Shown here one piece after another: positions 39,008 through 50,299 of a DNA stretch of 64,000 bases. The notes below the pieces were generated by a model. The model was given only the letters and a program-made list of their open reading frames with translations, had not been told where the DNA came from and searched no databases. A program made the position numbers and the translations under genes. The number at the start of each line of letters is the position of its first letter. Position 1 is the stretch's first letter. This stretch comes from an uncultured Phycisphaerales bacterium (GTDB lineage: Bacteria > Planctomycetota > Phycisphaerae > Sedimentisphaerales > Anaerobacaceae), in assembly GCA_963718665.1 (NCBI GenBank), contig OY970359.1, positions 1,216,001-1,280,000 on the forward strand, written 5' to 3'.

Positions 39008-40090
39008 TCAACCTGTGGCTAATAACACAGCCGCCGCCTTATTTTGCAAATCTTCTGAAGTTGCTGCGGTAAAATCCGGAGTATTATTTTGCAGTATAGT
39101 TACAGCGGACCCGATTGGACGATAAATGGCTGGGTCGGTGGGGCCGAATACGGCGACCGTTCGGATTCCTAAAGCCGCAGCCAAGTGCGTTATTCCGCTG
39201 TCGTTGCCCAGAAAAGCCCTCGAACAGCTCAATATCGCAAGCACGTCCGACAAGGGTAAATCAGTAAGTAAATTTCCAAGTCCCCGAATGTAACTTATCG
39301 TTGATTCGCCGAATCGTTCCATCTCAGCAGGCCCGAGCAGAAATACTGAATCCATTCCCTCTTTCTCGAGCATTCGCGCCACCGCAAGGAAATTACCCAG
39401 ATGCCAGCATTTATGCGCCCCGCCGCTGCCCGGATGTATAACCATGGGTTTGACCGTTGGCATAATACCATTTTCAGCTAATATCTCCATCCCCCTGAGC
39501 TTATCCGCCTGTGTTGGTCTTATCAGGGGCATACTAATCGCCGAATCGTGCTCTTGAGATGACAATTCGCCCGCGGTGAGCTTGTCGAACCCGCCTTGTT
39601 CAACAAATTGCTTCCTGTAAAAATCGCTGACGTGGATATTGTGTTCCGCCGCCGGCTTCATCGCCAGCGTAATCACTTCCGCACTGTTGCTGCAATTTAC
39701 CGTGAAAATCAGGTTCTTCTCGAAAGGACTGTTCGACTCGCCTAAGAAACTGGCAATCCAGGAATAACCTGCAAACGCCATAATCAGCGGGTCGCCATCG
39801 GCAACCTCAAAATCTCCCTCACCGGCGAACAGCCGATGCAAACTTATCGAATCCAGCGACTTGACCGCATCGACACAGCTTCTCCCCGGCAGCATCCCAA
39901 GGTGTTCCGTATGGCCTATGATATCGACTCCGCCGGGGCAAACCGTTTCTTTCATCAGCTCCGCCAGAGGCAGCGTCAAAATACAATCGCCTATCGCCCC
40001 CGGCTGTAAAATCACCCCGCGCCGGCCCTGCTGTGCCGCAATCGCCAGCTTTTCCCGCAGCTTGTCTATAATATTGCTTTTTCCGCACAT
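39008..40090 (-). CDS. Glycosyltransferase family 9 (heptosyltransferase-like)
   Basis: GAIGDCILTLP, HPGSG..KCW, GNDSGITHLAAALG, FGPT. Confidence 0.88.
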   Translation of the reverse strand: MCGKSNIIDKLREKLAIAAQQGRRGVILQPGAIGDCILTLPLAELMKETVCPGGVDIIGHTEHLGMLPGRSCVDAVKSLDSISLHRLFAGEGDFEVADGDPLIMAFAGYSWIASFLGESNSPFEKNLIFTVNCSNSAEVITLAMKPAAEHNIHVSDFYRKQFVEQGGFDKLTAGELSSQEHDSAISMPLIRPTQADKLRGMEILAENGIMPTVKPMVIHPGSGGAHKCWHLGNFLAVARMLEKEGMDSVFLLGPAEMERFGESTISYIRGLGNLLTDLPLSDVLAILSCSRAFLGNDSGITHLAAALGIRTVAVFGPTDPAIYRPIGSAVTILQNNTPDFTAATSEDLQNKAAAVLLATG

Positions 40091-40216
40091 ATTTCGTTTG
40101 TGTAATATATCTTATTGAGGGGCTTGGTAACAAGAACGCAGGAGCTTTTATTGAGCAAGATGTGATTTTGAGTTATAATTGTGAGGTTTTGGACGGGAGC
40201 GAAAGATAGGGTAAAG

Positions 40217-42271
40217 ATGGCAAAGTTTGAACTGAATAATGCGATGAAGCCGGGTGGGGACCAGCCGGCAGCGATAAGCCGGCTGATGGAAGGGCTGCGC
40301 ACAGGTAAAAAGTTCCAGACGCTGATGGGCGTAACCGGGTCGGGCAAGACATTCACAATGGCAAATATCATCGCGGCATATAATCGGCCTACATTAGTCG
40401 TATCGCACAACAAGACCTTAGCAGCGCAACTTTACGAAGAGTTCAAGGATTTATTCCCCAATAACGCGGTCGAGTATTTCGTGAGCTATTACGATTATTA
40501 CCAGCCGGAGGCGTATATCCCGCAAAGAGATATATACATCGAAAAAGACGCCTCGAAAAACGCGGATTTGGACCGATTACGACTTTCGACTACGATGAGC
40601 TTATCGACCCGCGAGGATTGCATCATCGTGGCGTCGGTATCGTGTATATTCGGATTGGGTTCGCCGGAAGATTACAAGGCAAGCGTCGTGGGCGTGAGGG
40701 TAGGCGACACGATTGACAGAAATACCCTGCTCGGCCGATTGGCGGACATTCAATACTCAAGGAATGACTTTGATTTTCAAAGGGGCAAATTCCGTGTCCG
40801 CGGGGACGTGGTCGAATTGCACCCTTCTTATGAGTCGTTCGCGATTAGATTCGAGTTTTTCGGCGACCAGATTGAAAAAATCAGCTACATAAACCCGGTC
40901 AGCGGAGATATCCTCGCCCAAGAGGAGCAGGTCTTTATCTACCCAGCGCAGCATTACGTTACCGGCGGCGACAGGTTACTTGGCGCGATAGAAGGAATAA
41001 AGGCGGAATTATCACAGCGACTGATGGAGCTTCGCAGCCAGGCCAAATTGTTAGAGGCACAACGTCTTGAGGCACGCACAAAATACGATATCGAGATGCT
41101 GCAGGAAGTCGGCTATTGCAGCGGAATAGAAAATTACAGCAGACATTTGGCGGGATTGCCCGCAGGGTCGAAACCATATACGCTGATAGATTATTTCCCG
41201 AAGGATTTCCTGTTATTTATCGACGAGTCGCACGTAACGATTCCACAATTGCGCGGGATGTGGGCGGGCGACAGGAGCAGGAAGGACGTATTGGTCGAGC
41301 ACGGCTTCAGGTTGCCGAGTGCATTGGATAACAGGCCTTTGCGGTTCGAGGAATTCGAGGAAAAATGGAACCAGGTGGTTTTTGTTTCCGCGACGCCCGG
41401 TCCTTTTGAGATGGCTAAGTGCAATAACGAGGTGGTGGAGCAGATAATCAGACCAACAGGACTGATTGACCCGGAGATTTTTGTTCAGCCGGCAAAAGAC
41501 CAGGTGACGCATCTCATCGGCGAAATTGAGAAGCGAATCAAGGTCGGCGAAAGAGTCCTGGTAACGACGCTGACGAAAAAAATGGCGGAAGACCTGTCCG
41601 GGTTTATCGCTAAAAAGGGCATCAAGTGCCAATACCTTCACAGCGAGATTGAAACTTTGGAGAGAGTTGAAATCCTGCGCAACCTCCGGCTGGGACAGTT
41701 TGACGTGTTAGTGGGAATAAACCTGCTGCGCGAAGGGCTGGATTTGCCCGAGGTATCGATGGTGGCGATTCTGGACGCGGACAAGGAAGGATTCCTGCGG
41801 AGCGAGACGTCGCTGATACAAACTATAGGCAGGACCGCCAGAAACGTCAACGCGACGGTGTATTTGTATGCGGACACCGTCACCGAATCGATGAAGAAAG
41901 CTATTGACGAAACGTCCAGACGGCGTAAAATTCAGCTTGAATACAACCGTGAACACAACATCACCCCGGAAACGATACGCAAGGAAATACGGTCGGGGCT
42001 GGCAGTGGAATTCAAGGCCAGGCAGGCCGCGCGCGAGGCGGTGCGGTTTGAGCCGGATGAATTCGAGAAAGTCGAGTTGGTAGGGCAAATCGAAAAAGAA
42101 ATGCTCGAAGCCGCTGCGGCTCTTGATTTTGAGCGGGCCGCGTTTTTGCGAGACAAGCTCAAGGAACTGAAAGAACTGCCGCAAATGGTGCTGCTGGATT
42201 CAAAAAAGAAGAAAAGTGAATTTTTGGCCACAAAGAAACTGAAGCGATTCAATAATCAAAACGAAAGGTGA
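40217..42271 (+). CDS. uvrB: Excinuclease ABC subunit B
   Basis: [43 protein letters not shown]-terminal UVR. Confidence 0.98.
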   Translation: MAKFELNNAMKPGGDQPAAISRLMEGLRTGKKFQTLMGVTGSGKTFTMANIIAAYNRPTLVVSHNKTLAAQLYEEFKDLFPNNAVEYFVSYYDYYQPEAYIPQRDIYIEKDASKNADLDRLRLSTTMSLSTREDCIIVASVSCIFGLGSPEDYKASVVGVRVGDTIDRNTLLGRLADIQYSRNDFDFQRGKFRVRGDVVELHPSYESFAIRFEFFGDQIEKISYINPVSGDILAQEEQVFIYPAQHYVTGGDRLLGAIEGIKAELSQRLMELRSQAKLLEAQRLEARTKYDIEMLQEVGYCSGIENYSRHLAGLPAGSKPYTLIDYFPKDFLLFIDESHVTIPQLRGMWAGDRSRKDVLVEHGFRLPSALDNRPLRFEEFEEKWNQVVFVSATPGPFEMAKCNNEVVEQIIRPTGLIDPEIFVQPAKDQVTHLIGEIEKRIKVGERVLVTTLTKKMAEDLSGFIAKKGIKCQYLHSEIETLERVEILRNLRLGQFDVLVGINLLREGLDLPEVSMVAILDADKEGFLRSETSLIQTIGRTARNVNATVYLYADTVTESMKKAIDETSRRRKIQLEYNREHNITPETIRKEIRSGLAVEFKARQAAREAVRFEPDEFEKVELVGQIEKEMLEAAAALDFERAAFLRDKLKELKELPQMVLLDSKKKKSEFLATKKLKRFNNQNER

Positions 42272-42272
42272 T

Positions 42273-43142
42273 ATGAACAAGCTTGAAATGGAAAAAGTAG
42301 TGCCGCTGCTGAAACTGGCAATAGAGGAAGACATGGGACAGGGTGATATGACCAGCGACCTGTTCTTCAGGAGCAACGTCATCGACAAGGCGGATATCAT
42401 CTCCCGCGAAGAAATAATCGTATGCGGGATACCAATAGCGAAAACGATACTGCGTATGTATGACAAGCGTTTGAAGCTTGATGCGTATGTCAAAGACGGG
42501 CAGCAGGCCTACGTCGGCTGTCACCTGGCAACCATCAGGGGGCCGCTTGGCCCGATGCTGACCGCGGAGCGGGTGGTGTTAAATTTTATGCAGCGGCTGT
42601 GCGGGATAGCGACCACGACAAAAAAATACGTCAGGGCAGTGCTGGGAACAAATGCTAAGATATACGACACGCGAAAAACGCTGCCCGGCTGGCGGATACT
42701 CGAAAAATACGCCGTGCGATGCGGCGGCGGATACAATCACCGCCTCGGGCTTTACGACGGCATATTGATTAAGGATAATCATATTGCGCAATTGGGCAGG
42801 AATTTTAAGCCCAAGCTGAAAAAAATTATCGAAGAGGCACGCAAGATAAAACACGCCAAATTTGTCGCCGTAGAGGTTGACCACGTCGATGACCAGCTCA
42901 ACTATGTGCTGGCGATACCGGGCATCGACATAGTCCTGCTGGACAATATGGGACAGTGGCAGCTAAAGCACGCCGTGCAAATGAAACGCAAAATGTGCGG
43001 CAAGGGTAAGCCCCTGCTGGAAGCATCGGGCAATATAACGCTGGCAAACGTCTCGGCGATTGCGCAATCCGGCGTGGACCGGATAGCGGTTGGGGCGATT
43101 ACGCACTCGGCAACGGCTGTCGATATCGGGGTTGACAGGTGA
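42273..43142 (+). CDS. nadC: Nicotinate-nucleotide diphosphorylase (carboxylating)
   Basis: ERVVLN, DTRKTLPG, HRLGLYD, IKDNH, LLDN, EASG. Confidence 0.95.
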   Translation: MNKLEMEKVVPLLKLAIEEDMGQGDMTSDLFFRSNVIDKADIISREEIIVCGIPIAKTILRMYDKRLKLDAYVKDGQQAYVGCHLATIRGPLGPMLTAERVVLNFMQRLCGIATTTKKYVRAVLGTNAKIYDTRKTLPGWRILEKYAVRCGGGYNHRLGLYDGILIKDNHIAQLGRNFKPKLKKIIEEARKIKHAKFVAVEVDHVDDQLNYVLAIPGIDIVLLDNMGQWQLKHAVQMKRKMCGKGKPLLEASGNITLANVSAIAQSGVDRIAVGAITHSATAVDIGVDR

Positions 43143-43942
43143 ATAGGGCGGCACTGTTGCCGGATGCGCTCGACCCGGACAGGATAAAATCGCATCTCAG
43201 GACAAAACGCATAGGCCAAAAGGTCGTCGTTTATAACAGCACCGCCAGCACAAACGATGTCGCCGCCCAATACGCCAAAAATAAAAATAACGACGGCCTC
43301 GTCGTGCTCGCGGAGGAGCAGATAAAAGGGCGAGGCAGGGGCGGCAATAGATGGATCGCGGGTTTCGCCGACAGCGTAATTTGCTCGATACTCCTGACCG
43401 ATTGCGCCATAAACGCGGAATTGCTGTCATTGACAATCGCCGTTGCTGCCGCCGAGGCAATCGGCAAATGCACTAAGGCCGAAGCAAAAATAAAATGGCC
43501 CAACGATATCATCCTGAACAACAAAAAAGTCGCCGGTATTCTCGTCGAATCAAAGAAGGCGGGTAAATGTACCGCTTACGTAATCGGCATTGGCATTAAC
43601 TGCCATCAAAGCAAACAGGATTTCCCCGCTGAACTGCGGAAAACAGCTACGAGCATCGATATCCAAACCGGTGGCCAAATCGACAGAATCTCGCTCATCA
43701 AACGACTGCTGACCTCGGTTGAAAACTCACTTGAAATCGCGGAACAAAACAAAAAAGAAATTATCGAACATTGGCAACGGTTAAGCGCCCAACTCGGACA
43801 AAGGGTGGCTCTTATTTACAACAAGAGAAAATTTGCCGGCAATTGCATCGGCATTGACCCCGAAAACGGACTCATCTTGCAGTTAGACACCGGCGGAATC
43901 AGAATGTTCCAAGCAGCCCAGACAACAATCGCAAAAGAATAA
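43139..43942 (+). CDS. birA: Biotin--[acetyl-CoA carboxylase] ligase (no HTH)
   Basis: STN, QIKGRGRGGNRW, KWPND, KVAGILVE, GIGIN. Confidence 0.92.
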   Translation: MNRAALLPDALDPDRIKSHLRTKRIGQKVVVYNSTASTNDVAAQYAKNKNNDGLVVLAEEQIKGRGRGGNRWIAGFADSVICSILLTDCAINAELLSLTIAVAAAEAIGKCTKAEAKIKWPNDIILNNKKVAGILVESKKAGKCTAYVIGIGINCHQSKQDFPAELRKTATSIDIQTGGQIDRISLIKRLLTSVENSLEIAEQNKKEIIEHWQRLSAQLGQRVALIYNKRKFAGNCIGIDPENGLILQLDTGGIRMFQAAQTTIAKE

Positions 43943-43943
43943 A

Positions 43944-45479
43944 ATGCAGATACTCGAAAATAAAACCGGTTGCAAGTCATTGCTGATACGCGACTGCGGG
44001 TTGGAGAATTTCCGCAATACGCTGGAGGTGCAGCATAAGCTCGTTGAGCAAAGGAGGCAAAACGAAATCGGCGATACGGTTTTGGTTGTCGAGCATCAGG
44101 CGGTAATTACTTTAGGGGCAAGGCAAAACGCAAATAAGCTGCTTATCGAGCGGGACACATTATTATCTCAGGGCATCGACGTTGTCGAAATACGCAGGGG
44201 CGGCGGCGCAACCGCTCATAACCCGGGACAGATTGTGTTTTACCCGATTTTGAATCTTCAGGAATTGCACCTTGATATAAACGAATATATCAGGACGCTT
44301 GAGCAGATTGGAATCGAGCTTCTCGACCAGCTCGGCGTCAAAAGCGAAAGACAAAAGGGCTTTCCGGGTCTTTGGGTTGGCGATAAAAAAATCGCCTCAA
44401 TCGGCGTACGCGTTTCGAGACAGATTACACATCACGGGATGGCGATAAATATACAAAACGATTTGAGCATTTTCGACGCGATTGTCCCCTGCGGCCTTGA
44501 AAATATCAAAATGACCTCCGTCTTTAACGAAACAGGAAAAAAAGTTTCAATGCAGCAAGTTAAAAACAACTTATCGCAACTTCTGAAACGTCATTTCAAA
44601 TCAGAAATCATAAATAATAAATCAAAAATAAGACGCCTTCCCGACTGGCTGCGAAGGCCAATGCCGACAGCAGGCGAATATAGCAAGACGAGCGATATCG
44701 TCGGTTCGCTTGGCCTTGAGACAATCTGTATGAATGCCAATTGCCCCAATCGCGGCCAGTGCTGGGCGAGAGGAACAGCCACAGTCCTCATTCTGGGAAA
44801 CATCTGCACGCGGGGCTGCAAATTCTGCTCGGTTGCCAAAGGCAAACCGGGACCGGCGGACACAACCGAGCCGGGAAGAATGGCGGAACTGGCGAAAAAG
44901 CTTAAATTGCAATACCTCGTAATCACAAGCGTCAACCGCGACGATCTGCCTGATGGCGGAGCGGCCCATTTCCGTGATTGTATTAACGAAGTTCGCAGGC
45001 AATGTCCCAATGTCAAATTTGAAATCCTTACGCCTGATTTTAGCGACTGTCAAACCGGGGCAATTGATATTCTCGCGGAGGCGACGCCATTCGTATTTGC
45101 CCACAACGTCGAGACCGTGCCTTCGCTGTATAAAAAAGCCCGTGCGGGCGGCGATTACAAACGCTCGCTCAACCTGCTTAAAATAGCAAAAGACAAATAC
45201 GGCAGCATCCCGACCAAGTCATCTATTATGCTCGGCCTTGGTGAAACCGACGAAGAAGTTGAGCAGGTCCTGAAAGATTTACGGGCCGTCGGCTGCACTC
45301 GGCTGACAATCGGGCAATATCTCAAACCATCGAAGGATTCCCTTGAGGTTATCAAATACGTCACGCCTGAGAAATTCGACTGGTGGAAGCAAAGAGCGAT
45401 TGACCTTGGCTTTGACTGGGTAATTTCCGCACCCTTTGCCCGCAGCTCATATTTCGCGGAAATGGAAGCTGCGAAGTAG
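43944..45479 (+). CDS. lipA: Fused octanoyltransferase LipB - lipoyl synthase LipA
   Basis: EH..VITLG, RGGGATAHNPGQ, KIASIG, IVPCG (LipB); CMNANCPNRGQC, CTRGCKFC, HNVETV, ARSSY (LipA). Confidence 0.93.
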   Translation: MQILENKTGCKSLLIRDCGLENFRNTLEVQHKLVEQRRQNEIGDTVLVVEHQAVITLGARQNANKLLIERDTLLSQGIDVVEIRRGGGATAHNPGQIVFYPILNLQELHLDINEYIRTLEQIGIELLDQLGVKSERQKGFPGLWVGDKKIASIGVRVSRQITHHGMAINIQNDLSIFDAIVPCGLENIKMTSVFNETGKKVSMQQVKNNLSQLLKRHFKSEIINNKSKIRRLPDWLRRPMPTAGEYSKTSDIVGSLGLETICMNANCPNRGQCWARGTATVLILGNICTRGCKFCSVAKGKPGPADTTEPGRMAELAKKLKLQYLVITSVNRDDLPDGGAAHFRDCINEVRRQCPNVKFEILTPDFSDCQTGAIDILAEATPFVFAHNVETVPSLYKKARAGGDYKRSLNLLKIAKDKYGSIPTKSSIMLGLGETDEEVEQVLKDLRAVGCTRLTIGQYLKPSKDSLEVIKYVTPEKFDWWKQRAIDLGFDWVISAPFARSSYFAEMEAAK

Positions 45480-45486
45480 AAGCCGT

Positions 45487-46809
45487 CTAAACACCGGAGA
45501 CAACGATGTCATTGAAAACCATGCTCGGCGTTCGCCAGTCGCTGTAAAGCCATGGGTCGTTGGCACACTCGGCCAGCTTGTGCCAGAATTTGAGGTGATT
45601 GTCGGCGATATTCATTTCGGAAACGGGGTGAACTATTTTGCCGCCTTCGAAAAATTGCCCGAATATGCCGACCGAGAAATCGCCCGTCGTGGGATTCGAA
45701 TTGCCGCCGAGAAAATCCGTAACGAGGATTCCCCTGCCGAGGTCTTTGATTATTTTCTCGACCGAGCGAACGCCCGCCGGGATAATCATATTGCCCGTCG
45801 AGCCGCTTGTCGGCTCAAGCCCGAGCTTTCTGCTGTAATACCAGTCGATATAAAAATCTTTCAGGACGCCCGCCTCGATAATGGTCCGCTTTTTCGCCGC
45901 GAAGCCGTCCCCGTCATACAGCCGGCTTCCCTGCCCCTCCGGGATAAGCGGGTCATCAACAAGAATGAATTTGTCGCTCCCGATTTTTTGCCCCTTTTTG
46001 TCGGCCAGAAACGACTGCTTGCGATAAATATTTCGCCCCTCAATCGCCTCAAAAAAACCGCTTATAATCCGATACACGTTTCTGTTCTCGATGATAACAG
46101 GCAGCGTGGCAGTAGCTATTTTTTTTGCCCCAAGTTTCGCCAACGCCTTGCGTGCAGCGTTAGCGCCGATAGTTTCGGGGTTTCCCAGTTTTTTGTAGAA
46201 ATGGTATTGGGCATAGTCATAAGCTGTCGGCCTGCGGTTGTCATCGTCGCGAACACTTACCGAAACATCGGCGCTGAAATCTGTGGAGCTGCTGTAGCCC
46301 GAAAAGCCGTTGCTTGTAAGCGTAACCGACTCACCGAACTCGTCATTAAATCCTGCCTCAATGGTAACAACCTTGTCCCCGCCCGCCGACCACGCGGCGT
46401 TTTCCGCTGCTTTTACTATTGTATGCTTCTGCTCCGCCGACAAATCATCGATAGACGCATCCGCGATTTTAAGGTCGATATCCGCCCGGCCCTGGTAATA
46501 CTTCGGGTCGGGCAAAGTCCTGTATGGGTCCTCCGCAATAAGTTTTGTAGTAGAAACCGCGTCTGAAATAAATTCCTTCAGCGCATCTTTTCGCAAATCA
46601 CAGGTATTCTGCGAAGAATATCTGCCCGCGACAAAAAGGTCTATTCCCATCTGCACCGTGGTCGCCTGCTTGATTATCTCTGGTTTCCTGTCCCTGTATT
46701 GTATTTCCACGAACCGGCTTTTGCCCAACCCTACTCTCAAATCCTTCGCGCCCGCTTTGCCTGCGGTCTCCAAAACCCACTTGCACAGGTCATACATTTG
46801 TTTGTTCAT
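45487..46809 (-). CDS. TldE/PmbA family protein
   Basis: SFL..KKGQKI, DGDG, NPTTGDFSVG; no HExxH; follows tldD. Confidence 0.88.
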   Translation of the reverse strand: MNKQMYDLCKWVLETAGKAGAKDLRVGLGKSRFVEIQYRDRKPEIIKQATTVQMGIDLFVAGRYSSQNTCDLRKDALKEFISDAVSTTKLIAEDPYRTLPDPKYYQGRADIDLKIADASIDDLSAEQKHTIVKAAENAAWSAGGDKVVTIEAGFNDEFGESVTLTSNGFSGYSSSTDFSADVSVSVRDDDNRRPTAYDYAQYHFYKKLGNPETIGANAARKALAKLGAKKIATATLPVIIENRNVYRIISGFFEAIEGRNIYRKQSFLADKKGQKIGSDKFILVDDPLIPEGQGSRLYDGDGFAAKKRTIIEAGVLKDFYIDWYYSRKLGLEPTSGSTGNMIIPAGVRSVEKIIKDLGRGILVTDFLGGNSNPTTGDFSVGIFGQFFEGGKIVHPVSEMNIADNHLKFWHKLAECANDPWLYSDWRTPSMVFNDIVVSGV

Positions 46810-46810
46810 T

Positions 46811-48355
46811 CTATGCTCCCTGTTTTTTTGTCCCGCCGACAGTTAAAGACCGAACCATAACCGTAGGCATTCCCGCGTCTATCGGCACTAATTGCCCCTC
46901 TTTGCCGCAGGTGGACACGCCGCTCCAGCCCAGCTTCAGGTCGTCTGCGGCCATTGTGATATCCTGCAGCAGTTTCGGGCCGTTGCCCATTATGTTGATG
47001 TCTTTGATTGGGGCGCCGAGTTTGCCGCCTTCTATCAGCCGGCCCTGCGAAACATAAAACGCGAAATCCCCCTGGCCGATATTCACCTGCCCGTTGCTGA
47101 CGTCCTGGATATAAACGCCTTTCTTGACGCTTTCGATAATTTCCTGCGGCTTGTTTGGCCCGGGCAGAATATAGGTATTTCGCATTCTCGGTATCGGGTA
47201 ATGCGCATAACTTTCCCGCCGGCCGTTACCAGTGGAGGATAATCCGTAATGTTTGGCGGAAATCCTGTCGTGAAGATAACTTTTCAAAATTCCGTTTTCA
47301 ACAATCGCCGTTTTCTGGCTCGGCGTGCCCTCGTCGTCAAAGTTAATCGAGCCGCGCGCGTTAGGCCACATCCCGTCGTCAACAACCGTTACCATCGGCT
47401 CAGCGACTTTCTGCCCCATCATCGTGCTGTAAATCGACGTCTTCTTGCGGTTGAAATCCGCCTCGAATCCGTGCCCGACCGCCTCGTGCAGTAAAACGCC
47501 CGGAGAACCCGGGGCAAAAACAACAGGCATTTCGCCCGCGGGCACAACTACAGCATCGAGGAGCGTTACCGCACCATCGACAACACCCTCGGCCACTTCC
47601 TTCGCGATATCGTCTGTGTAATATGAAAAATCGCGCCTGCCTCCCCGTGAAAACCAGAACTGCTCTTTGCGACCATCTTTCTCAACCGTAACCATAGCGG
47701 TTAGCGAACTGCCGGGAAGCAAGTCCTCCGACTTGATCCCATCGCTCGTAACAACCATTATCCGCTTCCTCGCGTCGCTGAAACGGGCAATTGTCTTGAT
47801 AACGTAATTGGAGCTAGCGAAGCATTTGCCTGCGGTTGACTCGACAAGCGAAAGCCGGGGCGCCAATGGCGCGGGCTTTGTGCCCGTCAGCGGGTAGTAG
47901 TCACTTATCTTGGCAACCGCAAATTTACCGGACACAAGGGTCGCTGAACCGTCGGCAATCGTCGCGGCCGTCGCCGCCGCTGCCATCATCGATTTCTCCG
48001 TCAGCTCCTGCGTAAACCCGAACCCCACCTGGTCGCCCTTGACCGTGCGGATTCCCACGCCGAGATTGACCGATGTAGATGCCCGGTCAACCTTTTTGTC
48101 TTCCAAGCCCAGCGAATTTGATATGGTATGCTCGAAGTAAAGGTCCGCGAAATCCCCGCCCTTCGAAAGCGCCTTGCCCAGTACTTTTTTGCACAAAGCA
48201 TCGGTTATGCCGAATTCTTTTTCAAAATATCCTCCTCTTTCGGTTCCCGCGAAGGTCAGCCAGCCGTCGAACAACACAGGCGCAGCGATTATCGCGCCCC
48301 CGGCAGCTGTGGTGGCTTTCAGAAAAGTGCGTCTGTCAATTCTATCCATAATCAT
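46811..48355 (-). CDS. tldD: TldD family metalloprotease with Tat signal
   Basis: LHEAVGHGFEAD, DDEG, GNGRR, PRMRNT, CGKEGQ; N-terminal DRRTFLK. Confidence 0.92.
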   Translation of the reverse strand: MIMDRIDRRTFLKATTAAGGAIIAAPVLFDGWLTFAGTERGGYFEKEFGITDALCKKVLGKALSKGGDFADLYFEHTISNSLGLEDKKVDRASTSVNLGVGIRTVKGDQVGFGFTQELTEKSMMAAAATAATIADGSATLVSGKFAVAKISDYYPLTGTKPAPLAPRLSLVESTAGKCFASSNYVIKTIARFSDARKRIMVVTSDGIKSEDLLPGSSLTAMVTVEKDGRKEQFWFSRGGRRDFSYYTDDIAKEVAEGVVDGAVTLLDAVVVPAGEMPVVFAPGSPGVLLHEAVGHGFEADFNRKKTSIYSTMMGQKVAEPMVTVVDDGMWPNARGSINFDDEGTPSQKTAIVENGILKSYLHDRISAKHYGLSSTGNGRRESYAHYPIPRMRNTYILPGPNKPQEIIESVKKGVYIQDVSNGQVNIGQGDFAFYVSQGRLIEGGKLGAPIKDINIMGNGPKLLQDITMAADDLKLGWSGVSTCGKEGQLVPIDAGMPTVMVRSLTVGGTKKQGA

Positions 48356-48545
48356 TCCCCGGCTGTTCCCCCAATAACCTCTTTTATACTTGCCGCAAGT
48401 TTATTCTGTTCGCACCTCTTATGCAACCCGATTCCAGGAACTCAAAACCAAAATAGCGAAACTGGACAGACGGAAGGTAATCTGATAGATTTCCCATAGC
48501 CAAGACCCGTTGCCTCACAATCAATTATAAATACGAGGAATTGAT

Positions 48546-50288
48546 ATGACCGGAGAAAACGAAAAAGAAATCAGGCGAGATTTTATACGTGATATGGTTG
48601 CTGAGGATATCGCTCCCGGCGGCCGGTTCGAAGGAAAGACCGTCTGCACCCGTTTCCCTCCCGAACCGAACGCCTACCTTCACATAGGCCACGCGAAAGC
48701 CGTCTGGATTGACTACGGCATAGCCGAGGAATTCGGCGGACTGTTCAATCTCCGCTTTGACGACACAAACCCCGCAAAAGAAGAGCAGGAATTTGTCGAT
48801 GCCATCATCGAGGATGTCCGCTGGCTCGGCGCAAAATGGGATGGGCGATTATTCTTCGCCAGTGATTACTTCGGCCAGATGTACGACTGGGCAATCGAGC
48901 TGATTAAAAAAGGTAAAGCATACGTCTGCGACCTCACCCCCGACCAGGTCAGTGCGCACCGCGGCACACTTACCGCCCCGGGCAAAAACAGCCCCTATCG
49001 CGACAGACCCGTCGAGGAAAACCTCGATTTATTTACCCGGATGCGAAACGGCGAATTTCCCGATGGCGTAAAGACACTCCGCGCCAAAATCGATATGGCC
49101 CACCCCAACCTCAATATGCGCGACCCCATTATGTACCGCATCCTGCACACCGAACACCACCGCCAGGGTAACAAGTGGTGCATTTACCCGATGTACGACT
49201 GGGCGCACGGCTTCGAGGATTCAATCGAGGGCATCACCCACAGCTTGTGCAGTTTGGAATACGAAAATCATCGCCCCCTCTATGACTGGTTCATCGACGC
49301 GGTAAACGAAGGACGCACCGACGACGGCTCAGGCCCCTGGGGCAAAAAAATAAATCACCCGCGTCAAATCGAATTTGCTCGCCTCAATCTCACTTACACG
49401 GTTATGTCCAAACGAAAACTCATCGACCTCGTCCGCGGAGGCCACGTTCGCGATTTCGACGACCCGCGCCTCCCCACGCTCGCGGGCCTTCGCCGGAAGG
49501 GTTACACCCCCGAAGCGATTCGCAATTTCTGCGCCACCATCGGCGTCAATAAATTCTACAGCACCATTGATGTCGCCCTGCTCGAACACTGCGTCCGCGA
49601 GGACCTCAATAAAAGCAGCACGCGCGTTATGGCGGTATTACGCCCCTTGAAAGTGATTATAGATAACTACCCTGAAGGACAAACTGAGCAACTGGATGCT
49701 GTAAATAACCCCGAAGACCCGTCCGCCGGCACTCGAAAAGTCCCGTTCTCAAAAGAGCTTTATATCGAACGGGATGACTTTATGGAAACCCCGCCTCCCA
49801 AATTCTATCGGCTAAGCCCCGGCAAAGAAGTCCGCCTGCGCTACGCCTACTTCATCAAATGCACAAATGCCGTGAAAGATAAAAATGGCAATATCGTCGA
49901 ATTGCATTGCACCTACGACCCTGCCACAAAAGGCGGCGACGCATCCGACGGCAGAAAAGTAAAATCGACAATTCACTGGGTTTCCGCCAAAGACGCCATA
50001 CCCGCCGAAGTCCGATTGTATGAGAATCTCTTCACCAAAGAAAATCCCGACGACGCCCCCGAAGGCAAGGACTTCACCGCAAACCTGAATCCCAAATCGC
50101 TCGAAATCCTGAGAAATTGTTTTGTCGAGCCGGCCTTGAAAAACGCCCAGCCCCTTGCTCGCTATCAGTTTGAACGATTGGGCTATTTCTGCGTTGACCC
50201 CGACACCGCCAACGGCGCGCTTACCTTCAGCCGAACCGTTTCTCTCCGTGACGAATGGGCGAAAATACAGAAAACACGGAAATCCTAA
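48546..50288 (+). CDS. glnS: Glutamine--tRNA ligase
   Basis: [39 protein letters not shown]. Confidence 0.97.
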   Translation: MTGENEKEIRRDFIRDMVAEDIAPGGRFEGKTVCTRFPPEPNAYLHIGHAKAVWIDYGIAEEFGGLFNLRFDDTNPAKEEQEFVDAIIEDVRWLGAKWDGRLFFASDYFGQMYDWAIELIKKGKAYVCDLTPDQVSAHRGTLTAPGKNSPYRDRPVEENLDLFTRMRNGEFPDGVKTLRAKIDMAHPNLNMRDPIMYRILHTEHHRQGNKWCIYPMYDWAHGFEDSIEGITHSLCSLEYENHRPLYDWFIDAVNEGRTDDGSGPWGKKINHPRQIEFARLNLTYTVMSKRKLIDLVRGGHVRDFDDPRLPTLAGLRRKGYTPEAIRNFCATIGVNKFYSTIDVALLEHCVREDLNKSSTRVMAVLRPLKVIIDNYPEGQTEQLDAVNNPEDPSAGTRKVPFSKELYIERDDFMETPPPKFYRLSPGKEVRLRYAYFIKCTNAVKDKNGNIVELHCTYDPATKGGDASDGRKVKSTIHWVSAKDAIPAEVRLYENLFTKENPDDAPEGKDFTANLNPKSLEILRNCFVEPALKNAQPLARYQFERLGYFCVDPDTANGALTFSRTVSLRDEWAKIQKTRKS

Positions 50289-50299
50289 AGGTGTTATAT

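Noticed and set aside
45436..46566. 376-aa plus-strand ORF
   Set aside because: Antisense shadow of tldE
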